Assembly (NCBI GenBank): GCA_044892525.1
Contig: CM097885.1
Location: 23,746,001-23,810,000 of the forward strand
DNA from: Schmidtea polychroa
Taxonomy: Eukaryota
Direction: 5' to 3'
Length of the DNA stretch: 64,000 nucleotides
Shown here: one piece after another, positions 42,201 to 53,921 of the stretch
Layout: each line of letters opens with the position of its first letter
How positions within the stretch are numbered: the first letter of the stretch is position 1
Program-made: the position numbers and the translations under genes
Notes under the pieces: generated by a model
Told to the model about the DNA's origin: nothing
Seen by the model: the letters and a program-made list of their open reading frames with translations, nothing else
Database searches by the model: none

Positions 42201-42723
42201 ATTGCCGGGATAGCCTATTGGAGGAAAGCAAATGCCAACGGCTCATGATCAAGGCCAAGTCAGAGGCCCTACATCAAATATACTCTGAATCCGAGTTAAA
42301 AAGGCGAGTCAAGGAGTTCCCAATAGCGGATAAGATGAATATTTTCCACATCCACTATCAAACGGATGAAATAACTTCATTAAAACCTTCTGGTTGTCAA
42401 GGCCATGGTCCCGACTTCCCGCCAATCGTCGCTTTTATCTTAGGCGGTGTACCACGTGCCAACGTTCCTCCGGAATCCACTCTTACTGAATCGTCACTCG
42501 TCGTATCTGTAGCACAATCAGATAGTCCAACAAAACTCAATTCCCGAAAAAGAAAACGTCCGACTCGTGCTGAGCGAACTCAACGACACCAAAGCAAAAT
42601 CACTGCACTAGAAGCCACGTTATTTGCGGCTCAGGAGGCTAACACAAAATCATCCAGTAGAAGTCTTATCGCACCACTCGCCACAGCTTCGTATCGAGTA
42701 ATCCCTTCGCAGCATCCGTGCTC

Positions 42724-43438
42724 AGTAGGGTATTGTGTGGACCCGGGAACAAAGACATATGACGTCATCGATGACGTCACAAAGACATATGANNNNNNNN
42801 NNNNNNNNNNNNNNNNNNNNNNNNNNNNNNNNNNNNNNNNNNNNNNNNNNNNNNNNNNNNNNNNNNNNNNNNNNNNNNNNNNNNNNNNNNNNNNNNNNNN
42901 NNNNNNNNNNNNNNNNNNNNNNNNNNNNNNNNNNNNNNNNNNNNNNNNNNNNNNNNNNNNNNNNNNNNNNNNNNNNNNNNNNNNNNNGTTGCGGTATTTT
43001 AAAATTTATATTACGTTGCGGTATTTTAAAATTTATATTACGTTGCGGTATTTTAAAATTTATATTACGTTGCGGTATTTTAAAATTTATATTACGTTGC
43101 GGTATTTTGAAATTTTAATTATTAAATATATTACGTTGCGGTATTTTGAAATTTTAATTATTAAATATATTACGTTGCGGTATTTTAAAAACTTATTTTG
43201 ATGGTTAAATAAAATAAAATTATTACACACAATACTCAGACAAAATATTCTGTTCCCCTATGGTCACACACACACAATGTATAAAAATATTATTTACACA
43301 CACGCAACAAGTTAGTGTTCTCATCGATATATTATTAATCTATATACTCCGAGTTTATCCGACAAAATATTCTGTCCCCCTATGGGTACTGCTAACAAGG
43401 GTACTGGTCGCGCTCAACAACTCGCAAGGGTATTATTA
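42724..43438 (+). repeat. Left terminal inverted repeat (about 700 bp or more, gapped), with a 27-bp tandem array at 42988-43190
   Basis: Reverse complement of 57810-58501 with a few indels. Repeat unit GTTGCGGTATTTTAAAATTTATATTAC. Confidence 0.92.
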
Positions 43439-43870
43439 NNNNNNNNNNNNNNNNNNNNNNNNNNNNNNNNNNNNNNNNNNNNNNNNNNNNNNNNNNNNNN
43501 NNNNNNNNNNNNNNNNNNNNNNNNNNNNNNNNNNNNNNNNNNNNNNNNNNNNNNNNNNNNNNNNNNNNNNNNNNNNNNNNNNNNNNNNNNNNNNNNNNNN
43601 NNNNNNNNNNNNNNNNNNNNNNNNNNNNNNNNNNNNGTAAATGTCACAAAGTTACTGTTAAAAAATATTCAAGACAAAACATTAACAAAGAAATTATACT
43701 TTAAATATACACTAAAATTTATTAACACACTGGGTAAAGGTGATAAAGGTAACTAACAAAACTTTAACATATTATTATTACACACAATGTATAAAAATTG
43801 TTCACAAAGTTACTGTTAAAAAATATTCAAGACAATATGACTAATACATTTATTAAATAATTTAAACACA

Positions 43871-46800
43871 TCATCGAAAATAATCATGTCCAAAATAATT
43901 ATCATCTGCTGGATCATGGAAATCATCTGTATCATCTGCTGAGATAGCTTCCGTTGAATCTATAAATATAACGGTGTCACCGCCCCTATAATGACCATAT
44001 GCCAAACTTTGATTTTTATCCACCCAATTTCGCTTATCATCTCTACATGTCAAGGCTCTTTTATTATTTTTAATACTAAAAAGTTGGTGATTTTTTGACG
44101 TTATTCTAAACTGAGGGACTGTGTATATTTTATCATTTAAATAACAATCTAGATACGACTGATGTGTTAGTCCAGTATCTTTCATACTTATCCCCTTAGC
44201 CTTCATACTTTCCTCATCACCCATCAAACTGTAACATTTAGGTCTCAAGAACACCCAATCTTTATATAATAACCCTTTATTCTCGTCTTTGAATTTACCA
44301 ATGACAGAATCAAGGTTCCTACTATATAAAGGATGATTTGGGTCATAATTCGAAGTATCTAATAATTGATCTCTAATCATCGCAGGTAAAAGAATGTCAA
44401 GACTACAATGTTTAATTTCCAAGAAGAAGGAATCTGTGTCTCCAGCAACGATATTAATTTCGCAGTTGAATTCGTCGCGATATTTTTGCAACTCTTCATA
44501 CTGCAGCTGGTACATCCTGAGTTTGGATAAATCAAGTACGGTTTGACCAATGTAACTAGGTCTATTCAAACATACTATGTCCTTCCTCAATAAAACCGAA
44601 ATCAAGTCATCATCGATTTTCGTGGATTTACGAAAAGTCGGTTTCGAACAGAATGTTAATAATCTCTGTGAAGAATTACACAGACGTAAATTAATACGTT
44701 TTTTAAGATTTTCAACAGTCTTGCCGTAAAGACTGTTGTTTAATAATTTATAAAAATTTTTATCGAGTTTATTTGTCGACGCTGCTCGTAACGCCGTATT
44801 TGTGTTAATATAATTTTTGAAAATTTTATCTTGTTTAAATTTAATTGCTCTATGTGTTTTTGATATTTTAACACCTAATTTAATAAATATTTGTAGAAGC
44901 CTCCAATGAAGAACGTAGTTCCTCTTGGGGCTGTGTGTAAGCAACAGCTTCTCTATTTTCGAACCCAGTACACACATCTTTTCAGCGGCAACGGGAAGAT
45001 CGTCCAGTTTGTCGTGAATTGACGTCGGTATTTCTAAATCCACTTCTATGGTATAACCATAATCAAGCAGATCTAAATCTACCGTTGTGCATTCAACAAT
45101 TATATTATTTAATAAATTATCATCAGTAACCCATTCAAAGTCACTGCAAGGTAATGGTTGACTTAAAGCCCAACCGTATAAATTATTTATATCTATGTAA
45201 AGCAAAGCGGTATCCGGGTCTGTTTTTACATAATGTTTATTTACAAAAGTTAGTCCGCCACGGATACCGCCCTCGAAAAAGTTATACATCTCCATATCGG
45301 TGAGGAGCTCAATTGGAGAGTTTAAAGTTAATAAGGCTGAATTCCAAGACATACCTGGAATCCCTAAGAAATTTAATGGCTCTAGTCGGTTATGAGCAAT
45401 GGACTTAGCTCTAAATTGCTGGAAAAAATCGGCTAAAAGGAAAACATCAAGTTTTAAATAAACCATCATGTAATCGAAAAGTGAAGTACATGAAGTTTCA
45501 ACCCAAATTCGCTGAGCTGTCTCATATTCAGCGGGAGTCACATCTTTCCAAATAGGAGGTAACTGATGAGTGTTATGCAAAACCTCTAATGAAGTTGCGG
45601 CATCATAAGGAAAAATTCCCTTTGCAGTTATTATTGTACCCTGAAATTCTGATTCGGTCAAGGGTAAAGATGATAAAGTTTTGACAGCATTATTTAAAGA
45701 CTCGCTGACAAATTGATAAGAGTCTATAAATTTAACAGTTAATGAGTCAATCCTAGCAAAAAGACTAAGGAATTTCTCGCTGGTTAAAGAAATACAACTA
45801 ATATTCCATGAATGATATTTTGAAAGGCCAAATTTCAAGATATGATGCAGATCATAACCCTTTAAATTATGAAATACTACAGGAAGGGTATGTCTAATTT
45901 GCCTCGACAGATTACAAGTTGTACAAGCGGCACCAAGATATAGACCGGTAAAATGATCATGGTCCCTAACTGGACTAACTAAAGGCTTATTGCACAAATA
46001 ACATGATGTGCTGTTTTCAAACATTAATTGTTGCTCATCTGTAATTATCATTTTCTTTTGATAATTTTTATAATAATAAGGAGTTACAATATATTTCCCT
46101 ATCATTTCAATTTCAGTAAGAAATTGATCGACACAATCTAAACCGGTGAACGACTTATAAATTTTTACGCCCGTGAAATTATTAATAAAAAGCATACCGG
46201 CAGAAATAGGCAGATGACGTTGAAAGTAGCGAGTGTCTTTAGGTAAGATAGCCTCAAAGTCAGCGTAAATAACAAAGGGAGGAGTAACTGTTTTACTCCA
46301 ATCAGTAAATTCTAAATATTTATTTTTAGGCAATGTGTACAAGGTAGTACCAAGCTGATTTTTATCGCAAAGACCCTTATGTCTATTAAAAGCGTCATCA
46401 TTCCTAAAACCGTTTAAACATCTAGGGCACCACTGACTACAAATCCTAACAGGAGTGATTGAACTATTCCTACAATTAAGAAATCTATTTAGGTCTGTGA
46501 TTCCAAGATAATGATAATTATCATTCTTTTCAATTAATAATAAATTGATAGGTATGGCTCCTACTATCTTACTCCTATATATTATATCAATAAAGGGATG
46601 TTTCATAACTGCATCTTCATCGGAAATGTCAATCAAAGCCCTTTCGTTATAAGTAAGAACATTAATACTATAACCCGGATTTTGTTGTTCAAATTTACTT
46701 ATATTTGATAGTTTCATCGGCATATCATTAGGATCAAATTTAATTTCAGAAAGATTGTAGGAATTAGGGCGATTTCTATATTGCCTATTTATACTATCAT

Positions 46801-47718
46801 ATTTAATAATTGACAAGAAACTATACAAAAAGCAGAAGTGGTCATTATTAACTACATTAACGAGACAGCTTAAGTTTCTTAAAGATTTTGGGGTTTCAAT
46901 AAAACTTCTACCACTTAACCGACTTATTTCAGCAAATTTAGTCAGAACAAAGCTTATGTATTCTATTTTATTGATAGTCCAATTACTACCTTTCTCATTA
47001 ATTTTAATTATTTTTTCATTTAAACGAGCAATACCTTCGTCAATGAATGTATCGCTCCAAACTCGGGCGGAATTCGAGATTACAAAAGATTGTAACTCAT
47101 CATCTTTTATAAATTCCACCTTTAGACAAAATTGAATTTTACATGATTTTAATTTATTTACATATAAATTTAATTTATTTATTAAAATGTCTGGTACAGA
47201 GACCGTTTTTAAATCTAAAGACGAAACGTCCATTTTTAATATAATATGATTATTATTTAAATCACTGGTGACATCTACGACACCATAACCTATTTGATTA
47301 TTATTATTATTATTACCATTATTATAATAAATATTACTACTACTATTATTATTATCAATTTCATCATCACTTATGTTGATTATTTCATCATCATCACTTA
47401 TGTTGATTATTTCAATAACTTTAGATTTTTTACTTGGTATTGAATTGATTTTTTCATTATTTTTTCTTTTATTCATATTAATTAGAATATTTATTTGATC
47501 ATTTAATTTATTTACTTGATCTTTTAGTTTAGTTATTTCGTTTATATCATTATTATTGGTGTTGTTAGTATTGTTGTTGGTGATATTATTATCATTATTG
47601 TTGATATTATTATTATTGTTGATATTATTATTGTTGTTGATATTATTAGTGTTGATATTATTATTAGTGTTGTTGATATTATTATTAGTGTTGTTGATAT
47701 TATTATTATTGTTGTTGA

Positions 47719-47749
<31 letters not shown>

Positions 47750-48425
47750 AAACGATTCATATAAGCTATAGAAAAGAGACTTCTTAGAAGGTTTAAATTG
47801 TTGGAGATGGAGTCTATGCTTATTATAAAATTCCTTATACGTTATAACTTCAATAACCTCACATTTAGGGCATAGGATGTAGGTGACACCGTTATATTTG
47901 TGACTATAATATCTTTCCATTATATCATCGCAGTCATTATGATATTGACTATTACAAAAGTTTTGGTATTTCAAACCTATGAAAATATTTTTATCATAAA
48001 ATGTTTAAAAAATAATAAGATAATAATCATTTTTAAAGTTTAAGATATTTTTCGTAAGATATTATTCAAAATTGACTTTTAAATAGTATCTTATAAGAAA
48101 TTATATATAATTTAATTCATTTTCATAAATAAATAATTCATTTTCTAAAATAGATTTTCATAAATAATATATAAAAGTTATTAATTATAATGTTCAAAAT
48201 CATCATCATATTTCATAAATCTTCTTTATAAAATCATCATAAATAAATAAATCTTCTTTTCATGAATAAATCTTTTCATAAATCTTCCTTTCAAAATTAT
48301 CATAAATCTTCTTTTCATGAATAAATCTTCTTTTCATAAATCTTCCTTTCAAAATAAGTAAATCTTCTTTTCATGAATAAATCTTCTTTTCATAAGTTTC
48401 TTCTTTTAATTATTATTATTATTAA

Positions 48426-48456
<31 letters not shown>

Positions 48457-48802
48457 ATTGTTTAAAAAAAAAAAAAAAAAAAAAACTTAAAAACTTATTA
48501 CAATAAATAAATACTTACATTTTCGTCCTTTCGAAAGAAATTTTCCAGCATCGGCACCATCAGAAGTATTTATTACATTTCCATCTAAAAGCATAATAAA
48601 AATAATAATGATAATAAGAGTAAACTATTACCATTTATTCTATTCATGTCTACATCTTGTCCGTCGATATTCATTTTAATTTGTTGATTAGTACCTAATA
48701 ATCATATTAAAAATAATAAAATAATAAAATAATAAATTTACCATTAATTCCTCCTACGATCTTTCCGTCAACTCTTTGAATATTGTTGTTGTTGTTGTTC
48801 AT
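43871..48802 (-). CDS. polB: Protein-primed family B DNA polymerase; predicted join(48742-48802, 48632-48694, 48519-48584, 43871-47976), 1431 aa
   Basis: Exo motifs YADFE, FHNLKGYD and YLKLDV. Pol motifs DINNLYG, KLLNNSLYGK and GDTDS. EndoVII-like Zn insert. The main exon is certain; the three upstream exons are predicted from phase-compatible GT-AG sites. Confidence 0.93.
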
Positions 48803-49232
48803 GTTGTTAAATATTGGTAATAGATTTTTAAAAGTGATGAAAAAATGAAAGTGTAGACTATATAAGAGAGATATTACAGGTTTTATTAACCGACCAATGA
48901 AAATAGAGATAGGATAGGAAAAGACACTACATGTTTGTTTATACAAACCATGATGAAATAATGACCTTTACATGTCTTTATTACTCAGTGCTTTGTTACT
49001 TTGCACTGTGCATGCACTGAACATGTAATAGTATTACATAATATTTTTAAACATAAAATTTAACAAATAATATATTAAACATAAAATAATAATATATTAA
49101 ACATAAAATAATAATATTTAACAAATAATAATAATATTTAACAAATAATAATAATAATATTTAACAAATAATAATAATATTTAACAAATAATTAAAATAG
49201 TCAACAAATAAAAATCATACAGTATACATTTA

Positions 49233-49644
49233 TTAACCATCAAATTTTTTATACAACAACCATGCCAAACAGTGTTGACCACATGTTTGAGTCAATGGAT
49301 TTTGAAACATAGTTTTATTATATACAATAGGTTTCCCAATTGTTTGAAGTTTTGATATCAACAAAGCAGGATAATAGAAACCCATAGGATCGAATACGAA
49401 TATATTACTAGGTTTCACATATATAGCTATCCAATGTTCTCCACCAAGATGAGACGAATGAGTATTGACGATTATGGCTTGATTATTGCTCAAATAAGGA
49501 ATTTTATCGAGAGGGAAAACACCTACAAATTCATTTCCTAATATTTGTTTTCCAATTCGATTAACCTGAACAGAACTACTTTAATAAAATTAAACAGTAT
49601 CAAAAAACTTACTCCATGACAACTTTTTGTGTTTCTGTATACAT
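49233..49644 (-). CDS. Adenain-like cysteine maturation protease, join(49613-49644, 49233-49575), 124 aa
   Basis: GVFPLD..VNT..GEHW..FD..Q..CG (His/Asp/Cys triad). A 37-nt GTAAGT..AG intron restores MYTETQKVVMDSVQVNRIG.., and its ATG directly follows the capsid stop (TAAATG). Confidence 0.9.
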
Positions 49645-50868
49645 TTATACTAGCACGGTTCTATTTGCAGTAATTTGAACTTCATTTTCAAATACTCCAT
49701 ATATTATAACATGTACCGGTTCAGTGATAGCTTTTGCAAACTTAATATCCAGTCGTAAATTCCCGTTTTGTGGTAGTTGACTCTGATTTAAATCAAAATC
49801 AGGGGCTAAAACAAATGTGAAAAATGGATATTTGCTTTTAAATTCTTCTAGAGTAATTCCACAATTCAAGTTTTTATCTAAGTAACCCAGATTTCTAACA
49901 ATACTCTGCATATATGTCGCACAGTAATTATCGCTTTCGAAATCTTGAGTATATGTTTCTCTATAATCAGTATTTTTCGACAAAGTCAATGAAGTAACAC
50001 CAAAATTTTTGAAAATTGAGCTGGAAGCAGTATAAGATCCATTATATTGCGTTTCACTTTGAAATGTTACCAGAATAAAATTAGGCATTCTTCTGTCACC
50101 AAATATTTGTTCTTTATAGAATGATGAAGCACCTTTAGCAATAGCAAATTGTACAATTTCCTTTGTTTTTAATGGATAAATTGCATGTTTTGAATTAAGA
50201 CCCAATTGATGACCAGCTAATACTGACGGGTCTACTCGAACTCTTCTCACCAATAATTTTGCATCAACTAATTGACATATTGGTGCACCAGTTGCACTAG
50301 TAAGAGTTAGTGCAGAATCGGACCTTTTCAATCTAATGTGTACATTAACTCCTGGTAGCAAATATTTCGGTTGATCCATAAAATCGAGTTGTAATGATGA
50401 GCACATAGTGAATGATTTTGAGCCTTTAACCCACTTTTTTCTTTCATCATCTGTTGCAGCATAACCCATAGGTGTAAGACAGGTATTTTTAGTATCAGAA
50501 TTGTAATTTAAAATAGTTTCTATCAAAGCCTTGTGAATGAATGTATTATTTCCGCCCTCAATCTTGATATTATTAAATCCCAACACTGCATCTTTAAATA
50601 GAGTATGAAACAGGAAATTGTTCGGTATTACATCTGCATTGGCATCCAAAACTTTTCTATCTTTATCTACAACCTTGATCTGGACAGTCAATAAAGTATC
50701 GTTCAAATCTAAATATTCAGTTTGCGAACCATTAATATAAAACTCGATATCATTTCTACTATCAGTAATTGAATTCATAGGAAAAACTTCCTCAAATGCC
50801 CCAAATTCTATTACAGCCTGGGGCGACGGTCTATCAAATATACATAATTCAGATTTACCACAAATCAT
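49645..50868 (-). CDS. Major capsid protein (double jelly-roll, hexon-like), 407 aa
   Basis: SELCIFD..IEFYING..YLDLNDTLL..NNFLFHTLF, typical of Maverick MCPs, in the expected position. ATGA overlap with the upstream gene. Confidence 0.9.
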   Translation of the reverse strand: MICGKSELCIFDRPSPQAVIEFGAFEEVFPMNSITDSRNDIEFYINGSQTEYLDLNDTLLTVQIKVVDKDRKVLDANADVIPNNFLFHTLFKDAVLGFNNIKIEGGNNTFIHKALIETILNYNSDTKNTCLTPMGYAATDDERKKWVKGSKSFTMCSSLQLDFMDQPKYLLPGVNVHIRLKRSDSALTLTSATGAPICQLVDAKLLVRRVRVDPSVLAGHQLGLNSKHAIYPLKTKEIVQFAIAKGASSFYKEQIFGDRRMPNFILVTFQSETQYNGSYTASSSIFKNFGVTSLTLSKNTDYRETYTQDFESDNYCATYMQSIVRNLGYLDKNLNCGITLEEFKSKYPFFTFVLAPDFDLNQSQLPQNGNLRLDIKFAKAITEPVHVIIYGVFENEVQITANRTVLV

Positions 50869-51227
50869 TTTGCAAATATAGTTCCATGTCCTTTCATTCG
50901 TTTGTTTATACGTGATATTCCATGTCTTTTACGTTTTGGAGCTGGGGCTGGAGGCGTATCTTTTTGAAACATACCTGCAACCCCTGGTAAAACTTTCCCT
51001 AATTCAGCTAAAGCATTTGTTTTTAGGGATGGTAATATTTTCTGTTCATTCATAATAACGTCTTTTGCAGTTTTCATACCAAAACTACCAATACGTTTAA
51101 GAATAGGCAATGCAAATCTACCAATTGTTCTCAACCATCCCGATCCGTACTGTTTACCAATAAAATATGGTAATTCGCCACCAGATTGGCTATCACTATA
51201 CATACTAATAATATCAGAATTTGCCAT
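50865..51227 (-). CDS. Small basic core-like virion protein, 120 aa
   Basis: Q-x-G-x-G motif (QYGSGW) followed by the amphipathic LRTIGRFALPILKRIG and a basic tail. Lies between the penton and hexon genes. Confidence 0.7.
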   Translation of the reverse strand: MANSDIISMYSDSQSGGELPYFIGKQYGSGWLRTIGRFALPILKRIGSFGMKTAKDVIMNEQKILPSLKTNALAELGKVLPGVAGMFQKDTPPAPAPKRKRHGISRINKRMKGHGTIFAK

Positions 51228-52287
51228 CTACTTTACGAAAATGTAGTGTCAAATGAGTTTTTGAGTCTTTTGGAAAGTTTATAAGTTTTCCACTATCGTC
51301 ACAAATATTTATTTCTATATTGTTTATACATGAGCTTGAAATTGGTAAATACATGGGATTATCTATATTTATATTGACAACTTCATCATGTTCATATTTT
51401 CCAATCCATACCGATTTCAAAAGAGGAACACTGGAATCACCAACAATTATGGGTTCGATAATGTTAGTATATATGAACATTTGTTGATGATGTTCTAGTA
51501 TTCTTGGTTTGCGTATACCAGTCGATTTTTCTCGATATTTTTGCCTATCTAATCCAAGTGAATTTGCCAAATTTTTATCAAATGTAACTTCGCAAATGTC
51601 ATCATTCAAACTGAAGGTAAACATCAAATCTTTCACAATTTCCAAATTTTTAAATATGTGTGAACAATTGAACTTTAAATATTTAAGTAAATCATCAAGT
51701 TTATCAAAATATAATTCATCAGCAAAGGTAAATGATTCTTCAACTTCATCATTATACGACACAGATATTTTGATTTCTTCTTTCATTACACTGTTTGCTT
51801 CAAATAGATTAAAACGTAATAAATACTCGGTCTCCGTAACAATATATTTCAACTTATTGCAACCCATTCGTTTGGCATCTTCAATAGTTTCGAATGTTAT
51901 TGTAAACGGTTTAAAATCACAACTGATATTTAATCCATCCTTGTAAAACATATAGCAATGCGAATCTAATATTTGATTCGGAATATGATATGTTTTATCA
52001 TAATTACTAATAACAAAGATACCGCTACATGTTTTCACAATATTCCTTCTGAAATCAATCTTACAATGACTATAAAATGGGAATGTGTTGTACACAAATG
52101 TAAAATCTTGCAGTGCAACTTCCCAGTCCCCATTTAAAGAAATCGGATTCTGGAGATTGACCATAGATTTACTGGCTTGATTGTCTGGATGAATTAATGG
52201 GCAACTATTGCTTGGTAAAATAGTATAAAAATTCACTTTACTAGATCCTTTTCTGATATCCATGATGGGTTTTGATAACCATGCCAT
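51214..52287 (-). CDS. Minor capsid protein (penton-like), up to 357 aa
   Basis: FYTILPSNS..N..S..V.LQNPI.L.GDWEVAL and MFIYTNII..VGDS.VPLL..YLPI..IEINI.D. Confidence 0.87.
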   Translation of the reverse strand: MAWLSKPIMDIRKGSSKVNFYTILPSNSCPLIHPDNQASKSMVNLQNPISLNGDWEVALQDFTFVYNTFPFYSHCKIDFRRNIVKTCSGIFVISNYDKTYHIPNQILDSHCYMFYKDGLNISCDFKPFTITFETIEDAKRMGCNKLKYIVTETEYLLRFNLFEANSVMKEEIKISVSYNDEVEESFTFADELYFDKLDDLLKYLKFNCSHIFKNLEIVKDLMFTFSLNDDICEVTFDKNLANSLGLDRQKYREKSTGIRKPRILEHHQQMFIYTNIIEPIIVGDSSVPLLKSVWIGKYEHDEVVNINIDNPMYLPISSSCINNIEINICDDSGKLINFPKDSKTHLTLHFRKVDGKF

Positions 52288-53352
52288 TTGACATAGTATT
52301 GTTTATCCTTGCCGACCTTTTTAGTTTTCAATATCTTTTGAATTCTAAATACTTTTGGAGGAGGAATAACTTGTAATTCTTGCTCATAAAATTTTCCTTG
52401 TACAATATTGTTATCATAATCACTGATGACATACATTACAGGATTCTGACTAGTATTTATTTTTGAAATTACAAAGACTTCATCACTCCAATTTGTATCG
52501 AAATTTTTAATAAATGGTGATGCACTAATTTTACTAATTCTAACATGGTCACCGACTTTATATTTAGGTTTTGCAATTTTTACAGATTTCTTAGAAGTCA
52601 ATGTTTTTGATGTAATATCAACCGGTCTTAATCCATTAAGTCCTCGATGTGATGAATGATTATAACTTGTTATTATTTTCGGTAAAGCATTTACCCATTT
52701 TTTATTACCTTGATGCACGAATAATTTCTTTAATCTATCTCTCAATGTTCTGTTAAATCTTTCAACATGAGCAGCTTTGTATTGAGAATGTACCGAGTAA
52801 TGGTTTATTTTCAATTTATTGAGGATTTGCTTGACTTTACTNNNNNNNNNNNNNNNNNNNNNNNNNNNNNNNNNNNNNNNNNNNNNNNNNNNNNNNNNNN
52901 NNNNNNNNNNNNNNNNNNNNNNNNNNNNNNNNNNNNNNNNNNNNNNNNNNNNNNNNNNNNNNNNNNNNNNNNNNNNNNNNNNTATTAGGATGTCCATCTT
53001 TAAATAAAATATTAATTGCCTTGGACATTTCATCTGAAGATTTTGCCTTGACGGGTATTGCTCGGGCAAACCGACTGAATACATCAATACATGTTAAAAT
53101 ATATTTATTCCCATTGTTAATTTTCGAATAAGGTATCATCTCCATCAAATCCATTTGCCATAAATCATTTATTCCATATGTTTTATATACTCTTGTTGGG
53201 AATCGTTTCTGCATTGGTTTGTTCAAACTGTACGCAAGCTGGTCTGATAACCACTTCTGGGTTTCCTTTTTCGAATTCGGAACTCTTTTGTTTAATTTTG
53301 CCACTCCACCGAAACCGGCTTCGTCTTCGGGGTTCGTCCAAATCTTCTCCAT
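52233..53352 (-). CDS. int: Retroviral-like DDE integrase with C-terminal chromodomain (spans the N-gap 52842-52982)
   Basis: WQMDL..YILTCIDVFSR..HVERFNRTLR..YNHS.H and YYVKWHGY..SWI. The frame change across the gap is a gap-size artefact. Confidence 0.92.
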
Positions 53353-53413
53353 TACAACAAGAAGATTTAATATTAAATTTAATGTCTGGTAATGAAGGAT
53401 TAGCACCCATTGT

Positions 53414-53908
53414 TTATGATCGACTTCCTATTATTCCACCTAATAATGATATTGCTAAAGGTATCAATGCACCGATAAATCCCCCTTGTTGTTTATATAT
53501 AATTTTTCTCATTTGTTGACGATTTTTATTATTTACTAATGATAGCAAAGGTTTCCTATGTTTACTCAATAATTGCTTTTTAGATTTACTGATTTTAATC
53601 TTGCCTTTGACTACTTTAAGTATAATATCGAGTAAATCATCGACAACATAATTTGGAAAAGATTGTAAAATACTGTTTCTTTTCATACTGGGTGCTTTTA
53701 ACAATGTATTGAAAAACGGGAAACTCCGATGATTTTTAACAACTTTTACTTTCTTAGTGGTTTTACTTTTAGGTTTAGGTTTAGGATTTTTCGAAATAAG
53801 ATTCATTGCAGGAAAATTTTCTGTAATAAGTTCTTTAGATGGAGTATAACTAGTTGTTGGTGGAACTTTTGGTTGTTTTTTACTCGATATCCTTGTTTTT
53901 GAAAACAT
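53414..53908 (-). CDS. Lys-rich protein with adenovirus pX-like C-terminus, 164 aa
   Basis: Ends KQQGGFIGALIPLAISLLGGII, resembling pX (RGGILPLLIPLIAAAIG) with an xGG cleavage-type site. Confidence 0.7.
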   Translation of the reverse strand: MFSKTRISSKKQPKVPPTTSYTPSKELITENFPAMNLISKNPKPKPKSKTTKKVKVVKNHRSFPFFNTLLKAPSMKRNSILQSFPNYVVDDLLDIILKVVKGKIKISKSKKQLLSKHRKPLLSLVNNKNRQQMRKIIYKQQGGFIGALIPLAISLLGGIIGSRS

Positions 53909-53921
53909 GATTTATATGTTT

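Noticed and set aside
42988-43190. 27-bp repeats as a CRISPR array or a coding repeat (LRYFKIYIT)
   Set aside because: Head-to-tail units with no spacers, mirrored in the other TIR, in a eukaryotic context.
42014-43201. 395-aa ORF as one gene
   Set aside because: Chimera of the family A gene reading into the Polinton TIR and across an N-gap.
43260-43756. ORFs spanning N-gaps near the TIRs (also 57455-58647)
   Set aside because: Artefacts of translating through Ns in non-coding repeats.
47542-47771. Poly-Ile and poly-Leu ORFs as membrane proteins
   Set aside because: Alternative frames of the Asn microsatellite inside polB.
52837-53087. Frameshift in the integrase
   Set aside because: The frame change falls in an N-gap whose length exceeds the roughly dozen missing residues.
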